A stretch of DNA of 64,000 bases from Amphiscolops sp. MND2022 (Eukaryota), in assembly GCA_964187785.1 (NCBI GenBank), contig OZ076409.1:35218001-35282000 (forward strand). Direction: 5' to 3'. Positions 1 through 13,000 of this stretch are shown here, one piece after another; position 1 is the first letter of the stretch, and every line of letters begins with the position of its first letter. A program made the translations under genes and the position numbers. Below the pieces are notes generated by a model, which saw nothing but the letters and a program-made list of their open reading frames with translations, searched no databases and was not told where the DNA came from.

Positions 1-832
1 ATTCGAAACTGAGAAGCACTGCAGTAGTTTTAATAGCTAGGGGTCAAAAGGTCAAGTGAACAAAAAATACCCAACAAAAACATCGTTGTTAATAAATGGG
101 ACAAAGGATATGGGATCATGTCTATTATGTAAACAGTCGTTGAAACATTCGCCATCGTCAACTGCCACTTGCTTATTCATGTCATGTCATTGCCCCAAGC
201 GAGTTACCATCTTTACATTATCATATATATGTACTCGCACGCGTCATTTCATGTTAAGTAAAGCCAAAAGTCTGTTCAGTTCGAGTGAGTATAACGCAAT
301 TGGTCCGAATTGTGGTTATCGATGAGGTAACAATTACACAAAATTCAATACTATACCTGAAAGAAGTGATCCTAAGATTGCACACTTTCACTTCCTTTTT
401 ATGCTTGTGAATTTAACCGAATCATTTCATTCAATAGAATACTAAACAAACTATGAATCCTGCAACACACTTTTACTTGAAAAATTTAATATCAATTCCC
501 ATTTGAGTACTACTTTTCCTTCTAGAATGTGGTTTATATTTTCTGTCGACACAATGGGCGTGTTTCTTCTAGGGCGGCTTCTATTGAATTTCTGGAAGTA
601 CACTTTGCAAAGCAAGGTTATTTTGAGCTAATATGTCAGAATTTACCGTAAGAAGAAAATGCTAAAGTTTTGTGACTTTGGTGCCACTCATTTTTGACGA
701 AAATAGTCAAAATTTCATAAAATAATCTATCTATATTACGAGGCAAATTTTGGTGCACGTTAATTCTACGCAATGGCCATTATTGGACGGATCAGCTGAA
801 AACTGGACATGGCAAAAAACGCTTCGGAAAAG

Positions 833-1654
833 AAACAAGCCAGGGTCGGTCCAAGTCGGCGAACCGCTCAAGGTTCAAAAAGCAAAGTGTTTTGAATATG
901 CAGAGACAATATTGTGAAAAACTTTGTATCAAATTTACAGCACCGAAACATACCCAAAGGGATAACAATGAGGCTCGAAAACCGCTTTTCCCCGACTGGA
1001 AACATCAAAACGAATTCTTCAAAAAAATTCTCGGAAGAATATCTCAGTGTTAAACGGTTTTTCAAGCCGAAAACATTCATGAAAGTAAAGGGGTACCCTT
1101 TGATCAATTGAAAATTGTTTCGAAAGTAAGTCGCATAATGCAAGGAAAAAGGCGTAGGTCTTTTTTACAATTATTGAGAAAACAGTCATCAGTCCCACGG
1201 GACCAAAGATCACTCAGAGAGGTTATTCTCAAGACTTAGAAAATGGTTTTCAAAAAATGTCTTCGATAAGTCGTATAGTGCCGAAAAACTCTAAGGGGAA
1301 CCTCGCAAAACGCTTTGTTTCTGCAAAAAAAATTGAGAGATTGGGTTTCGTTCAAAAAAAATCAAGAAAGTCGCATAGTACCGAAACAAACCCAAAGGGG
1401 GCCCTTTGGTCTTTCCTCTAACTTTGCTTCAATAAAAACTTTGTTTAGTGAGGGACTCGAACCGCTCGGACTGCTGCTTCTCAGGCCGCATCACCAGGCC
1501 TGGAAATCCGCATTAACCACTGGGTCAAATGGCGGGCGAACTTTTGTCAAAATTTATACCAAATTCCAAATTTATAAAAGTGGACGTTTGAGAGTGATTG
1601 AAAACTTGCCACTGTAAGAGTCGTGCAATTTTTTGCAAAAAGCGCCAACTAAAA
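833..1654 (-). mobile_element. Helentron-like non-autonomous element, family B
   Basis: Left end aaacaagcc..ccaagtcggcg and right end aaaagcgccaactaaaa are shared with about 10 other copies in the window; subterminal inverted motif agtcggcg/cgccgact. Confidence 0.7.
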
Positions 1655-1755
1655 ATACCTTAACACATCAGGTGAATCATAGAACCACGTTTTTAGTTTA
1701 TTTTCGCACCTCAGGTCAATTGATGTGGAACTCAAAAATTCAAAACATTTTCTGA

Positions 1756-1884
1756 TCACAACTGTAAGCCAATGGATTCTGTGCCATAAATCCTGATGTT
1801 ATCACAACTGAAAGCCAATGGATTCCGTGCTACAAAGCTTGATTTTATCACAACTGAAAGCCAATGGATTCTGTGCTACAAAGA
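1756..1884. repeat. Minisatellite, about 3 x 45 bp
   Basis: atcacaactg(t/a)aagccaatggatt.. repeated three times. Confidence 0.85.
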
Positions 1885-2762
1885 TCAAACCGAAACTAGA
1901 TCATGACAACAACCAGTCAAAGTTACATTTCCATTTACACCGATCAGATAGGTACGCGAGAAATGAAATGCTTGAAAAAAACCGCACGGCAAAAATCTTT
2001 TTGGATCAATGAAACTAACGTTTTAATGACAAAATGTTATACTGATACTGTGTTGCAAAAACTTTTTGCGAAACCAAAGGTCAGAACAAGGGCAGAGCAA
2101 TATTGCCCCAGAACCAGAAACTCACACTGTTGTGAAAGCCAACAATGAGGTCTGGTTCAAACTAATTTCCTTACATTCCAAAAACACGAAGCAAACAAAG
2201 AGTGCAGAACATCGAAAACAGTTGACCCAAAACCAGAATTTCTACAAATTGATAAGACCCTTAGAAATATAACCGTAACAACATATTGAACATCAGTTTC
2301 GTTCGTGCAAACATGAAACTGGTATCTTGAAAACAGCTTCTTGAAAGATACAATATTGCGTGCCCGGTCATTACTCTTCGAAGGTTCCAGCGAATAGTAT
2401 CTTTTCGATGTCAGAAGACAATACAATGTACATTTCCTCATGATTACAAGGCATGAAAATGATCGGTGCATGACAAGAAACATCGGAAACTAGAACCCGT
2501 TCTTCCCATATAGAGCAAGGATTCGATAAGGAACAGTCCTCAAAAAATAAAGATCATATTTTAGAAATAAACTCTGAGTGGAGATTTCATTTTCAGTTAT
2601 TCCATTCAGATTTTCCTCTATGACAAAATCGTAAACGCGGAAAAATTTTCATCACCCAATCATTTTCATTTGTTACTATTTGTTGGCTGAGGACTGCCGG
2701 TTCCATGGGCCTTTTCAACACCTAAGACAGTTTCCCTTCATCATATATCCCAAAATATTTAC

Positions 2763-2813
2763 CGTGGTGAGTTTAGACACGAGGTCATTGAAACCCTCGG
2801 ATGTCAGCTCAAC
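2763..2813 (-). CDS. Ig-CAM probable exon 14 (FN3 continuation)
   Basis: tttcag|VELTSEGFNDLVSKLTT|gtaaat; phase 0 to 0; short, supported only by splice signals and phase. Confidence 0.5.
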
Positions 2814-5800
2814 CTGAAAACGATAACCACTCAGAAAAAGAAATTGAAAAGTGAAGACACTACAAACAAAAGATAAAGAAGATCACAAAGATCAAAGTTT
2901 ACTGTTCTCAATTAACACTGAACGGAAACTTGGACCATAGTTACTCAAACTAGAATTCCAAAACTCAAAAATGACTTGACAATTACGTCCATTGATATAA
3001 GAAACTAGCGCGACCAATTTTTCCAAATGAAGCTCACATTTTCGTAGTGAAGGTGTTGAAAATAAAAGTAAAAATGCTCGAAAAGACAAAAATGACGAAT
3101 CCATAACAGAATTCTTCAATACAATTAGAACTGTAGGCGCATTTTGGAAACTCGAAAGCCCCATTTTAGTGAAAATAGAATTCATTTTCTTCTTGAAACT
3201 CCCCCTCCACCCAGAGAATCACAAATGTATAGATTTTGAAAAATACAGCGAATCGACGTCACATTAGGAATACGAAGTGTCACTGACTCCTTTTGATAAA
3301 GTTCCATACTCTGAAATTATCTCAAGAGCGAAAAATGTTCATTGAAGGTATACATGCAGACTGTGAAAACTTGGCTGGTAATCGAGTCGTTCAATGGTGT
3401 TGAAATCCGAATTCAAATACATCACATGTAAGTCACATGACCAACAATGACATTTCAAAGAAAAACATGTAGCTATAGAATTCACAAATTTAAACGAAAA
3501 TAGCGCCGGTACTTTTAGAAACTGAGGTCAATTGAACCAAATTTAAAGTTGGCAAACATTCTAAAAATCCCAGTTTTCAGAAGTCCAGTTTCGCTTGTCA
3601 ATTATCAGGACCAGCGCGCTTGAATGATAAGTCAAAAGTTGAATGTTTCGAAAGTCAACACTTCTAAACACTTGTCAGCAAAATGGCAAAACAGCGAAAC
3701 CAAAGTCACAAAGCTTTAGTTGAACAATGCCCCAAAACTTTAAAGAACTTTAAGAAGTTTTAGGGACATATCTATTTATTGGAAACTTCAAAATAGTTTG
3801 AAAATTTTTATTCTATGAATGGGCTCGAATATTCAACCTCTCATTTCTTTCAACCATCGCTCTTAAAAGTAAATTGCTTTCACTTTGGTTACATGTTGCA
3901 GAATTTAGCCAAGTAACCAAAAACAATATCCTATAGGTCAAAAAATTAATGCAATCATTAGATATCGGGTATTTTGCAAAGTACAGACACTGCAAAAACC
4001 GTCCAATTACTTAAATTTACTCTTTAAAAACAACTAATTAGAAATTTTGCAGAAAGTATTCATTCGATTGTGAAATATTTCTCGTATCCCTTGGCTTAAC
4101 TTGTCGGAAATAAAAGTTTTTCGACAACGAACTTTTAGCGAATGAAACATCAGTTGAAAAGAAAAGAATTCTTTTCTTCAGCAGAATTTTATGAGGCCGT
4201 CACTTGTATGATGAGGAATCAGCCAATAACTATCTAGAGCATGTTAAAGTGACATTTTTGTTACTTTGGTCACCAGGGAATTGGCGTTCTAGATAAACCT
4301 CGATTAATTTGCCAATTCACGTCCGTTTATTATAGATAAACATGCGTGTCGTTGAAAATGAATGAAGTGTCCCAGAAAATGTTGACATTCAGTACTTTTA
4401 GCTAATGGAGTGAAAGCACTTTCGTGGAATGAATGATTTTGAATGCAAGTACGTATTGGTGCAAGCCTCATTATGCAATATTGCATATTAGTATACTTCC
4501 AGATCCTGAGAGAGGGAACTACAATTTCGACAGTAAATGCACTAGATTCAATTCATAATTTTTGTTGCACTTTTCTCACAGTTGCACGTTGCACTTAATA
4601 CTTGAAATTAACACATTGCTGAATTGGTATTTTTCTGCATCAAGCTACTTGATTCAATCAATAATATTCGTTGATCTTTTTCGAGATGAGAATAGAATGA
4701 CTTGAATGTTGAGTGGACCTCAGCGAGATTACATTTAAGGCAATAGCCGCAATGCAAAACCTGTAAAATTTAAAGGCCGTGAACTTTTGAATAGTGCGAC
4801 TAAAACTTCCATGGCAAGGTGTGCTAAATATTACGATTGAGAAATAAAAAGACAGGGGCTCAAATCTGAGAGAAGGAAAGATGAGAGAAGGATGATTCAC
4901 AATGTGTCTCACTTTGGGTTGTGCAGCAAACTGGGACTTGGGTGGAACTTGAGCACAAAAATGAGCTAGATGCAAACTTCAGATTTAAATTATCACTGTG
5001 CTGCTTTCCAGTTGGACATTGCTGCATTGTGGAATAGTTCCAGTAGAGAGAGCCTCGATTATCTCAACTATCTGATTCCAGGATTAAGTAACCGAAATTA
5101 GATCTAGACTCAATCTACGAAATAAAAAAAGTCTGCAATGCAAATGCATACACTTCTTGACATCTCATAGTGTAGATAATCAAGGGACACTTCATGTCGA
5201 AACCTTAATTAGTCTGTCTCCTGTTTAACAATGTATCTCATGGAAAGATAGTCCTGTTCCTGTATTACATATATTCATCCTGACAGGTATTCCATTTTAG
5301 TTTTTACTGCAACAGTTGTTAAAATACTTACACATAAACCGAGCATCCCAGGTCACAAAAAAAAGCAAAACCATAACCCAACCACATAAGCATACAAGGT
5401 ACATGGACACAGATCCCGGACGAGCTGTTCCCCTTACCCATTTTTGCATCTCAAGTTTCATCGTTTAAAGCATTTCTCAATTGAATTACTACAACCACTA
5501 TATAACAATTTTGATTGGCTGTTAAAAATTCTATGCTGTACAACAGTTTTAATTGGATGAGACACGAAGCGTTCTGATTGGCTGACGACAGCTGCTGGGC
5601 TAGTAGCACTAGATTCTCTAGTTGATGTTACATGAATGACGATTATCAACTACATGTACATTAATGTTTTACAGGTTCTACAATCACAGGAGCTAAAAGC
5701 ACATGAGGTTTCGGCCCTTTTTAATCTCATTAACATGCAATCAGTACAGATGCGAGGCGGCGAGTTTTTAGACACGGTGGCAAAATAGCGACACCGTAAT

Positions 5801-7550
5801 TTCGACAGCGCCTTTTGCTCTAGCACTTGCTCCTCCCTCGCCATTCATTGCACTATGAGCATTATGTAATTTCAACCAAAAATGATAGGAGGGTGCATAT
5901 TTACCGCGGGACGCCACACTGATTGTTCAGACTGAAAATGAAAACATTCATCAAACAACCCTCAGAAACAACGTGTAGCACCGTTCTTCGATCTGTCATC
6001 AGCAAATTTGGTTGCAAATTCAACTGTTTTCATTTTTAAAATTAAGGAACCATTATTGAAAATAACATTCAGGAGCGCCTATGAAGAAACTTCTCAACGT
6101 AGTAACATGGTATTTTTATTTTCAAAAGATGATTGAAAACGATCGACTAAAATATTTCATTCAGGAAAGTATTTTCTACCGGTCTCAAAATCTTCATTAT
6201 TACATCGCTATCATTATGCGAAGTCGCACTTCAGGAGGTCCTGAATGAATTCATCTAATTCAGAAAACACATGAAACATGACGGACATTATATGGATTAT
6301 TCAAGGGAAAATGCAAGATCACGATGACTAATTCTTGGAAGCTTTCATGTTTTCACAATACTTTGCCACGAACAATTAAGTTCTGGATTCAGTTCAAAAA
6401 CAAAAGAAGTAGGTCGATGATTCAGATTCACTGTTTTGCATTCTGTGTAGTATCAGTAGAAAAATGACTTATTTCTTCGGAAGCTCTATCTGATGTATCT
6501 AAGACGAGCTTTTCAAGTCAGCTTGTGTGAATTGTTTTGTGGATTCGAAAGACATGAACAGAAACTAACATGTTAACAGTAACAGAAATTGAATTTCATT
6601 TGAAAATTGATTGGTCAAACAGATCTAAATCCGCCAAAGTTAGAAGGTTCAGTAACAAACCCTCATAACGCTTTTATATTTAAATTATCCCAAAACATTT
6701 CACAACTTTTTGCGGAAAACTCTGAGCCTACTGGGGAGTCTTGGGAGTTTTTGCTGTTGTTTTAGGAACCGCGATCCGAGAATTAATGAAATTAGGAAAC
6801 TGAAAATTACGGTTGATGTGGCAAGTCAATTGATGGCAAGTCAATTGAGGCATGCATTTTCAGCATCATTATGTGAACATTCTTCTTTCTGGTTAAAATT
6901 GTGGAAATGTTTTCTGATAAAAGCATCCATTGTTCTCAAGTTAGTAGGCTGTTCTAAGAGGAATCAGTGAAACACGTGATCGTCAATTAATTCAACAATA
7001 ATGATCTTCGGTTGACATTGATTGCGTCAGTAGAACACCGCATTGCATAATCCAAAACGGGGTCTAGTTCTCCTGAAATTATTCTCTAACACTGCATGAA
7101 GAAAGGTTAATCATTCTATCAACAAACCCATATGCTATCGTCCTGAAATAAGGAGCAACGCAATCACCACCTTAACCATGGAGATTTTTTTAAATCATTT
7201 GCATAACTTCATCAAATTGCCATTATCCACAAACATTCTTAGCATTTCTCATGCATTTCGTTAAGCACAGAGCACATGATGTTCAAAGCTTTGAGATAGA
7301 GCATCTTTCGAGGAAGTTTTTTTTCCTAGCGAATTTAAATATCCATCTTCAAAAACTGATTCAATAGTAGAAACTCTCAGCTTTAGAAAAGATTTTTAAA
7401 TAACATAATACAACTTGGAGAGACAATGTATGAACCCAGAAATAAGATATGCAATTTCAACTTGTGCACAAACCAAAACACTGACAATACACTTCTAATA
7501 CAGTAAACAGTGTAGTAAAGGATAGATAGGTTTCAGTATTTTGAACTTAC

Positions 7551-7729
7551 AATGGCAGTGTGAGCCTTCGTCTCCTCGTAGATCTTGTAATCCTCGTCTG
7601 AAGATCTGTCTGATTCAGCGAAGTAGGGAACCCACTCCAGGATGTCAGTGACAAACAACTTCTGTCTGTGCGACATCCACTCGAACTTCACTCCATCGAA
7701 CTTCAAGTTCATCGGAGGATCAGGAGCAT
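7551..7729 (-). CDS. Ig-CAM exon 13 (FN3 domain start)
   Basis: attcag|APDPPMNLKFDGVKFEW...AHTAI|gtaagt; phase 1 to 0; PxPPxNL...W FN3 signature. Confidence 0.82.
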
Positions 7730-7794
7730 CTGAATCATTCAAATCATCAACAAGTTATTGAGAAAGAAATGACGACTCGGTAGTTACTATTACT

Positions 7795-8121
7795 AACAAG
7801 CCGGGAACGGCGCCATATCTAAGGCTCAAAAATAGCAAAAGGACTTCAAAGTGTCAAGTATTCTCTTCTACAGTACCTCCATGAGGAAAAAATTGAAAAA
7901 TTCGGATTTTTTTGGTCTCCGGTAAGTCGCATAGTGTCGAAAAATGTAAAAGGGACCTCAAAAAAGCCTAATTAACCTCTATCTCAAGTGCCAGTAGAAG
8001 TTGTTTGGCAGTTAGTGTTAATGCAAGTCAGCTTATGAAGTTTATAAAATTTGTCACTTCATTGGTCTTAAAAAAGTCACTGCTATAGTCTGCGTTTTCT
8101 ACGAAAAGCGCCGACTAAAAA
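7795..8121 (-). mobile_element. Helentron-like element, family B (short copy)
   Basis: aacaagccgggaacggcgccatatctaaggctcaa ... gaaaagcgccgactaaaa. Confidence 0.75.
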
Positions 8122-10060
8122 CAGCCAAATGCACGAAGTATCAAATCCAAGAATTTATTGAAGTCTATCTTAATGTAAAAACACTTTATTTTCTTTAAAT
8201 TGAGTTTGAAATAGATAATTGAATCGATTTTTCCTCAAAAATTGGTTTAAAATAGGTTCCTGGACATCACTGGTTGGTAAAATTAACTTTACTTGGAGTG
8301 TATGGTGCGGCAAGTCCAATTACCCAAATTTTTGTGCAAGCATACAAAGGAATATCAGAAATGTAAACTTCCATTTTTGGAGATTTTTAGTTGGATCATC
8401 ACCAATAACTCGTAACATCTCTAAATGAAATCTATGAATGACCAACCTAATTATACAATATCTACAAAATAGTAAGCACAGGAGCAACGGAAAAGTCGGT
8501 TTATCACAATTGACACGGAACAGCAACAATATGCACAGGCTTTTAAAAAATTTCCTTCAAGACAAGCGCAAGAAGTCATTAAAGAATATTGACTGACACC
8601 TTTTTAGACACCCAAAGACGAAAAGTTCGTGGAAGACATGACTTCTTCAAACCATCTTTTCATACCATTATCATCTTCAATTGAAACTATCGACTGGATT
8701 CCGGAGAACTAAACATTGAACCACACTAATTGGAAGCCTATTCAAAATGTTCACCATTGTGATACCTTGCGATAACGCAAGGCTTGAAAAAGATAATTAT
8801 GCTCAAATTATTCCTTCGCACGAAAAACTTTAGTAAAAGGCGAAAGTTTTACACGGGATTGCGAAGAAATCAGAGATGAATTTTCTTCGAACTGTCGATA
8901 AACTCAAAGGTCACAAATTTACAAGTTGATTTACAAGTTAGCATTTCAGAATGATTTTTACTATGTAAAATAGGCCCCTCCGGGGCTCAGTACTATTTCT
9001 GCTTTAATCTTTATTTTTTTAAAACAAAAAATCATTAATAAAAGAATCATATCTGGAATACCAATACACTCCTGTTTAATCATTACTTAGAGCACAATTA
9101 ATCACTGTACAAGTTTACACCGCCTTTAATTCTTCTCGGACTAAAGAAAATATAACTAAGCGTAGACGAAGTTTCGCATTCGCATTTGAATGCAGGCGAA
9201 GCTCTCAACGAACGAATAATTAACACTCATTCGCTTCATCTCAATGACGTCAGCATACGAATGGATAATTACCACTCGCTCGTTCTATCGCACTAGAATT
9301 GAATTGTTGTCGGCAGCTTTCCCACGCTTACACTCACTGCCGAACAAAATATCTGAATTATTCAGTAGGACGAAATTTGACGACTGAAAAAAAAAAGGAC
9401 CAACTTTGAGGTTACAATAACATTCCTGCTAAAGCAGAAATATTAAAAACTGAGAGCACAAAAAAGCCGAAATTTGATATCATTTCATGCCATCAGTTTT
9501 TAATTACAATCCCATGTATAATACAAAATAAAAGCTCAAAGGCATCAATTATAAACATTTTTGGAACCTATAAATCTATATTTGTTATATTAGTATATCT
9601 ATTTTAATAACCTGGCCACGGAAATATAAAAAAGAACAATAATGATAGATAGGAGGCTATTGTTATTATATTCTGTTGTTTACACCGCCACAGAAGGGGT
9701 CAACGGGGAATTTATTGCAACTCTGAAACTGAGTTTTATGCGAAACATAAGGTACGGAGCATGTTTTGTAACTCCGACTCGGGCTACAAACAGGAATAAG
9801 ACCTTTTCTGGTAAACCCCCATAGGAAGCGCGGAGAATTTAATTGCCCAATATGAGCGATAAGTTTCACTTGCAGTTAAAAGTTATAAAATAGTTTTTTT
9901 GTCACCATTTTTGGAATGGAAATAGCATTTTCGTCAAAAATAATGGTCTTTTACGTCTACCCCCAAGACGAAATTTGCTTCCCAAAGAGTGGCAAAGCGG
10001 ACCCCCACGTTAATATATTTTAACGTGTTTCTTATCTAACCGACCCTCAGATACACCTTG

Positions 10061-13000
10061 TTATTTTCCGCCCATATTTCATATATGGGAAAGGAAAATA
10101 TTTAAATCAAACGGTTTTTTTTTTACAAAATTTGCCAAGAATTTATATATATTTAACTTAAAGGGTGTTACCCATAGAACTCAACTCACATAAATTTAGC
10201 TTCGTGCGATATGTATTTGTAGAGATTTTTTGAGTTTTTTAAAAATGACGAAAATGACCCCTTAATGACAAAATGACCCCGAAAATGACAAAAATTCGCA
10301 ATTTTTTGATGTTTTTATGCAATTTTTGTAATTTTTGATAGACACCGCGAATTAGAATGTTGAAAACGTTCAACAAGGCACGAATTCATTCTCCAATAGT
10401 CTTCTATGAAGAGATAAATGCGGTTTTGTAACAGAAAATTGACCCCAAAAATGACAAAAATTTCCAAAATTTTCCGATTTTTAACAATTTTTGTCAAATT
10501 TTTGACATACTTCGTTAATTAAAATGTTGAGAACGCTCAACATGGCACGCATTTGCTGTCCAGTAGGCTTTTCAGAAAAGATAATTGCTTTTTCCAAATG
10601 AAAAAGGTCTCAAATTGATACCGAAAATAACAAAAAAACAAAACTTGCCATTTTTCAAATTTTTTAATGCATTTTTTGTCAAATTTTCGACAGACTTCGT
10701 AGATTAGAATGTTGAGAAGCGTCAGCAAGGAAAAAGTATTAGTCCATTAGGCTTTTCTGAAGAATTTATTGCAGTTTTCTAAATGAAAAATATCTCAAAT
10801 TGGCACAGAAAGAAAATTCCAAAATTTCTCAACTTTTACCGTTTTCATGCATTTATTGTCAATTTTTGAGAGACATCGTGAATTAGAATGTTGAAAACGT
10901 TAAACAAAGCACGATGTTGTTGTCCAATCGTTTTCTATCAAGAGATAAACGCGGTTTTGTGAGAGTAAATTGACCCAATGAATGACCAAAATTCCAAAAT
11001 TTCCCGATTTTTAACGATTTATGCTATTTTTGTGGAATTTTTGTTAGACTTCGTTAATTAGAATGTTGAAAACGGTCAAAATGGCCCGTATTAGCTGTCC
11101 AGTAGGCTTTTCCGAAGAGATAATTGCTATTTTCTAAATGAAAAAGGTCTCAAATTGACACCGAAAATGACAAAAAACCCAAAACTCTCTTTTTTTTCGT
11201 AATTTTTATGCAATTTTTGTCAAACTTTTGACAGACTTCGTAGATTAGAATGTTGAGAAGCGGAAGCAAGGAACAGTATTGGCCCAAAAAGCTTTTCCGA
11301 AGATTTTAATGCAGTTTTCTAGCTGAAAAAAAGTCTCAAGTTGGCACCAAAAACGACAAAAAACCCAAAATTTTCCAATTTTAAACAATTTTTGTCAAAT
11401 TTTTGACATACTTCGTTAATTAAAATGTTGAGAACGCTCAACATGGCACGCATTTGCTGTCCAGTAGGCTTTTCAGAAAAGATAATTGCTTTTTCCCAAA
11501 TGAAAAAGGTCTCAAATTGATACCGAAAATAACAAAAAAACACAAAACTTTCCATTTTTCAAATTTTTTAATGCATTTTTTTTGTCGAATTTTCGACAGA
11601 CTTCGTAGATTAGAATGTTGAGAAGCGTCAGCAAGGAAAAAGTATTAGTCCATTAGGCTTTTCTGAAGAATTTATTGCAGTTTTCTAAATGAAAAAAATA
11701 TCAAATTGGCACAGAAAAAAAAATTCCAAAATTTCTCAATTTTTACCGTTTTCATGCATTTATTGTCAATTTTTGAGAGACATCGTGAATTAGAATGTTG
11801 AAAACGTTAAACAAAGCACGATGTTGTTGTCCAATCGTTTTCTATCAAGAGATAAACGCGGTTTTGTGAGAGTAAATTGACCCAATGAATGACCAAAATT
11901 CCAAAATTTCCCGATTTTTAACGATTTATGCTATTTTTGTGGAATTTTTGTTAGACTTCGTTGATTAGAATGTTGAAAACGGTCAAAATGGCCCGTATTA
12001 GCTGTCCAGTAGGCTTTTCCGAAGAGATAATTGCTATTTTCTAAATGAAAAAGGTCTCAAATTGACACCGAAAATGACAAAAAACCCAAAACTCTCTTTT
12101 CGTAATTTTTATGCAATTTTTGTCAAACTTTTGACAGACTTCGTAGATTAGAATGTTGAGAAGCGGAAGCAAGGAACAGTATTGGCCCAAAAAGCTTTTC
12201 CGAAGATTTTAATGCAGTTTTCTAGCTGAAAAAAAGTCTCAAGTTGGCACCAAAAACGACAAAAAACCCAAAATTTTCCAATTTTAAACAATTTTTGTCA
12301 AATTTTTGACATACTTCGTTAATTAAAATGTTGAGAACGCTTAACATGGCACGCATTTGCTGTCCAGTAGGCTTTTCAGAAAAGATAATTGCTTTTTCCC
12401 AAATGAAAAAGGTCTCAAATTGATACCGAAAATAACAAAAAAACACAAAACTTGCCATTTTTCAAATTTTTTAATGCATTTTTTGTCAAATTTTCGACAG
12501 ACTTCGTAGATTAGAATGTTGAGAAGCGTCAGCAAGGAAAAAGTATTAGTCCATTAGGCTTTTCTGAAGAATTTATTGCAGTTTTCTAAATGAAAAATAT
12601 CTCAAATTGGCACAGAAAAAAAAATTCCAAAATTTCTCAATTTTTACCGTTTTCATGCATTTATTGTCAATTTTTGAGAGACATCGTGAATTAGAATGTT
12701 GAAAACGTTAAACAAAGCACGATGTTGTTGTCCAATCGTTTTCTATCAAGAGATAAACGCGGTTTTGTGAGAGTAAATTGACCCAATGAATGACCAAAAT
12801 TCCAAAATTTCCCGATTTCTAACGATTTATGCTATTTTTGTGGAATTTTTGTTAGACTTCGTTGATTAGAATGTTGAAAACGGTCAAAATGGCCCGTATT
12901 AGCTGTCCAGTAGGCTTTTCCGAAGAGATAATTGCTACTTTCTAATTGAAAAAGGTCTCAAATTGACACCGAAAATGACAAAAAACCCTAAACTTTTTTT

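Noticed and set aside
357..371. 15-nt micro-exon DHFFQ continuing the FN3 domain
   Set aside because: AG/GT-bounded in-phase 15-mers arise easily by chance; needs RNA evidence
1447..1533. Functional tRNA gene
   Set aside because: No acceptor or anticodon stem could be folded and it lies inside a repeat; kept only as a promoter-like segment
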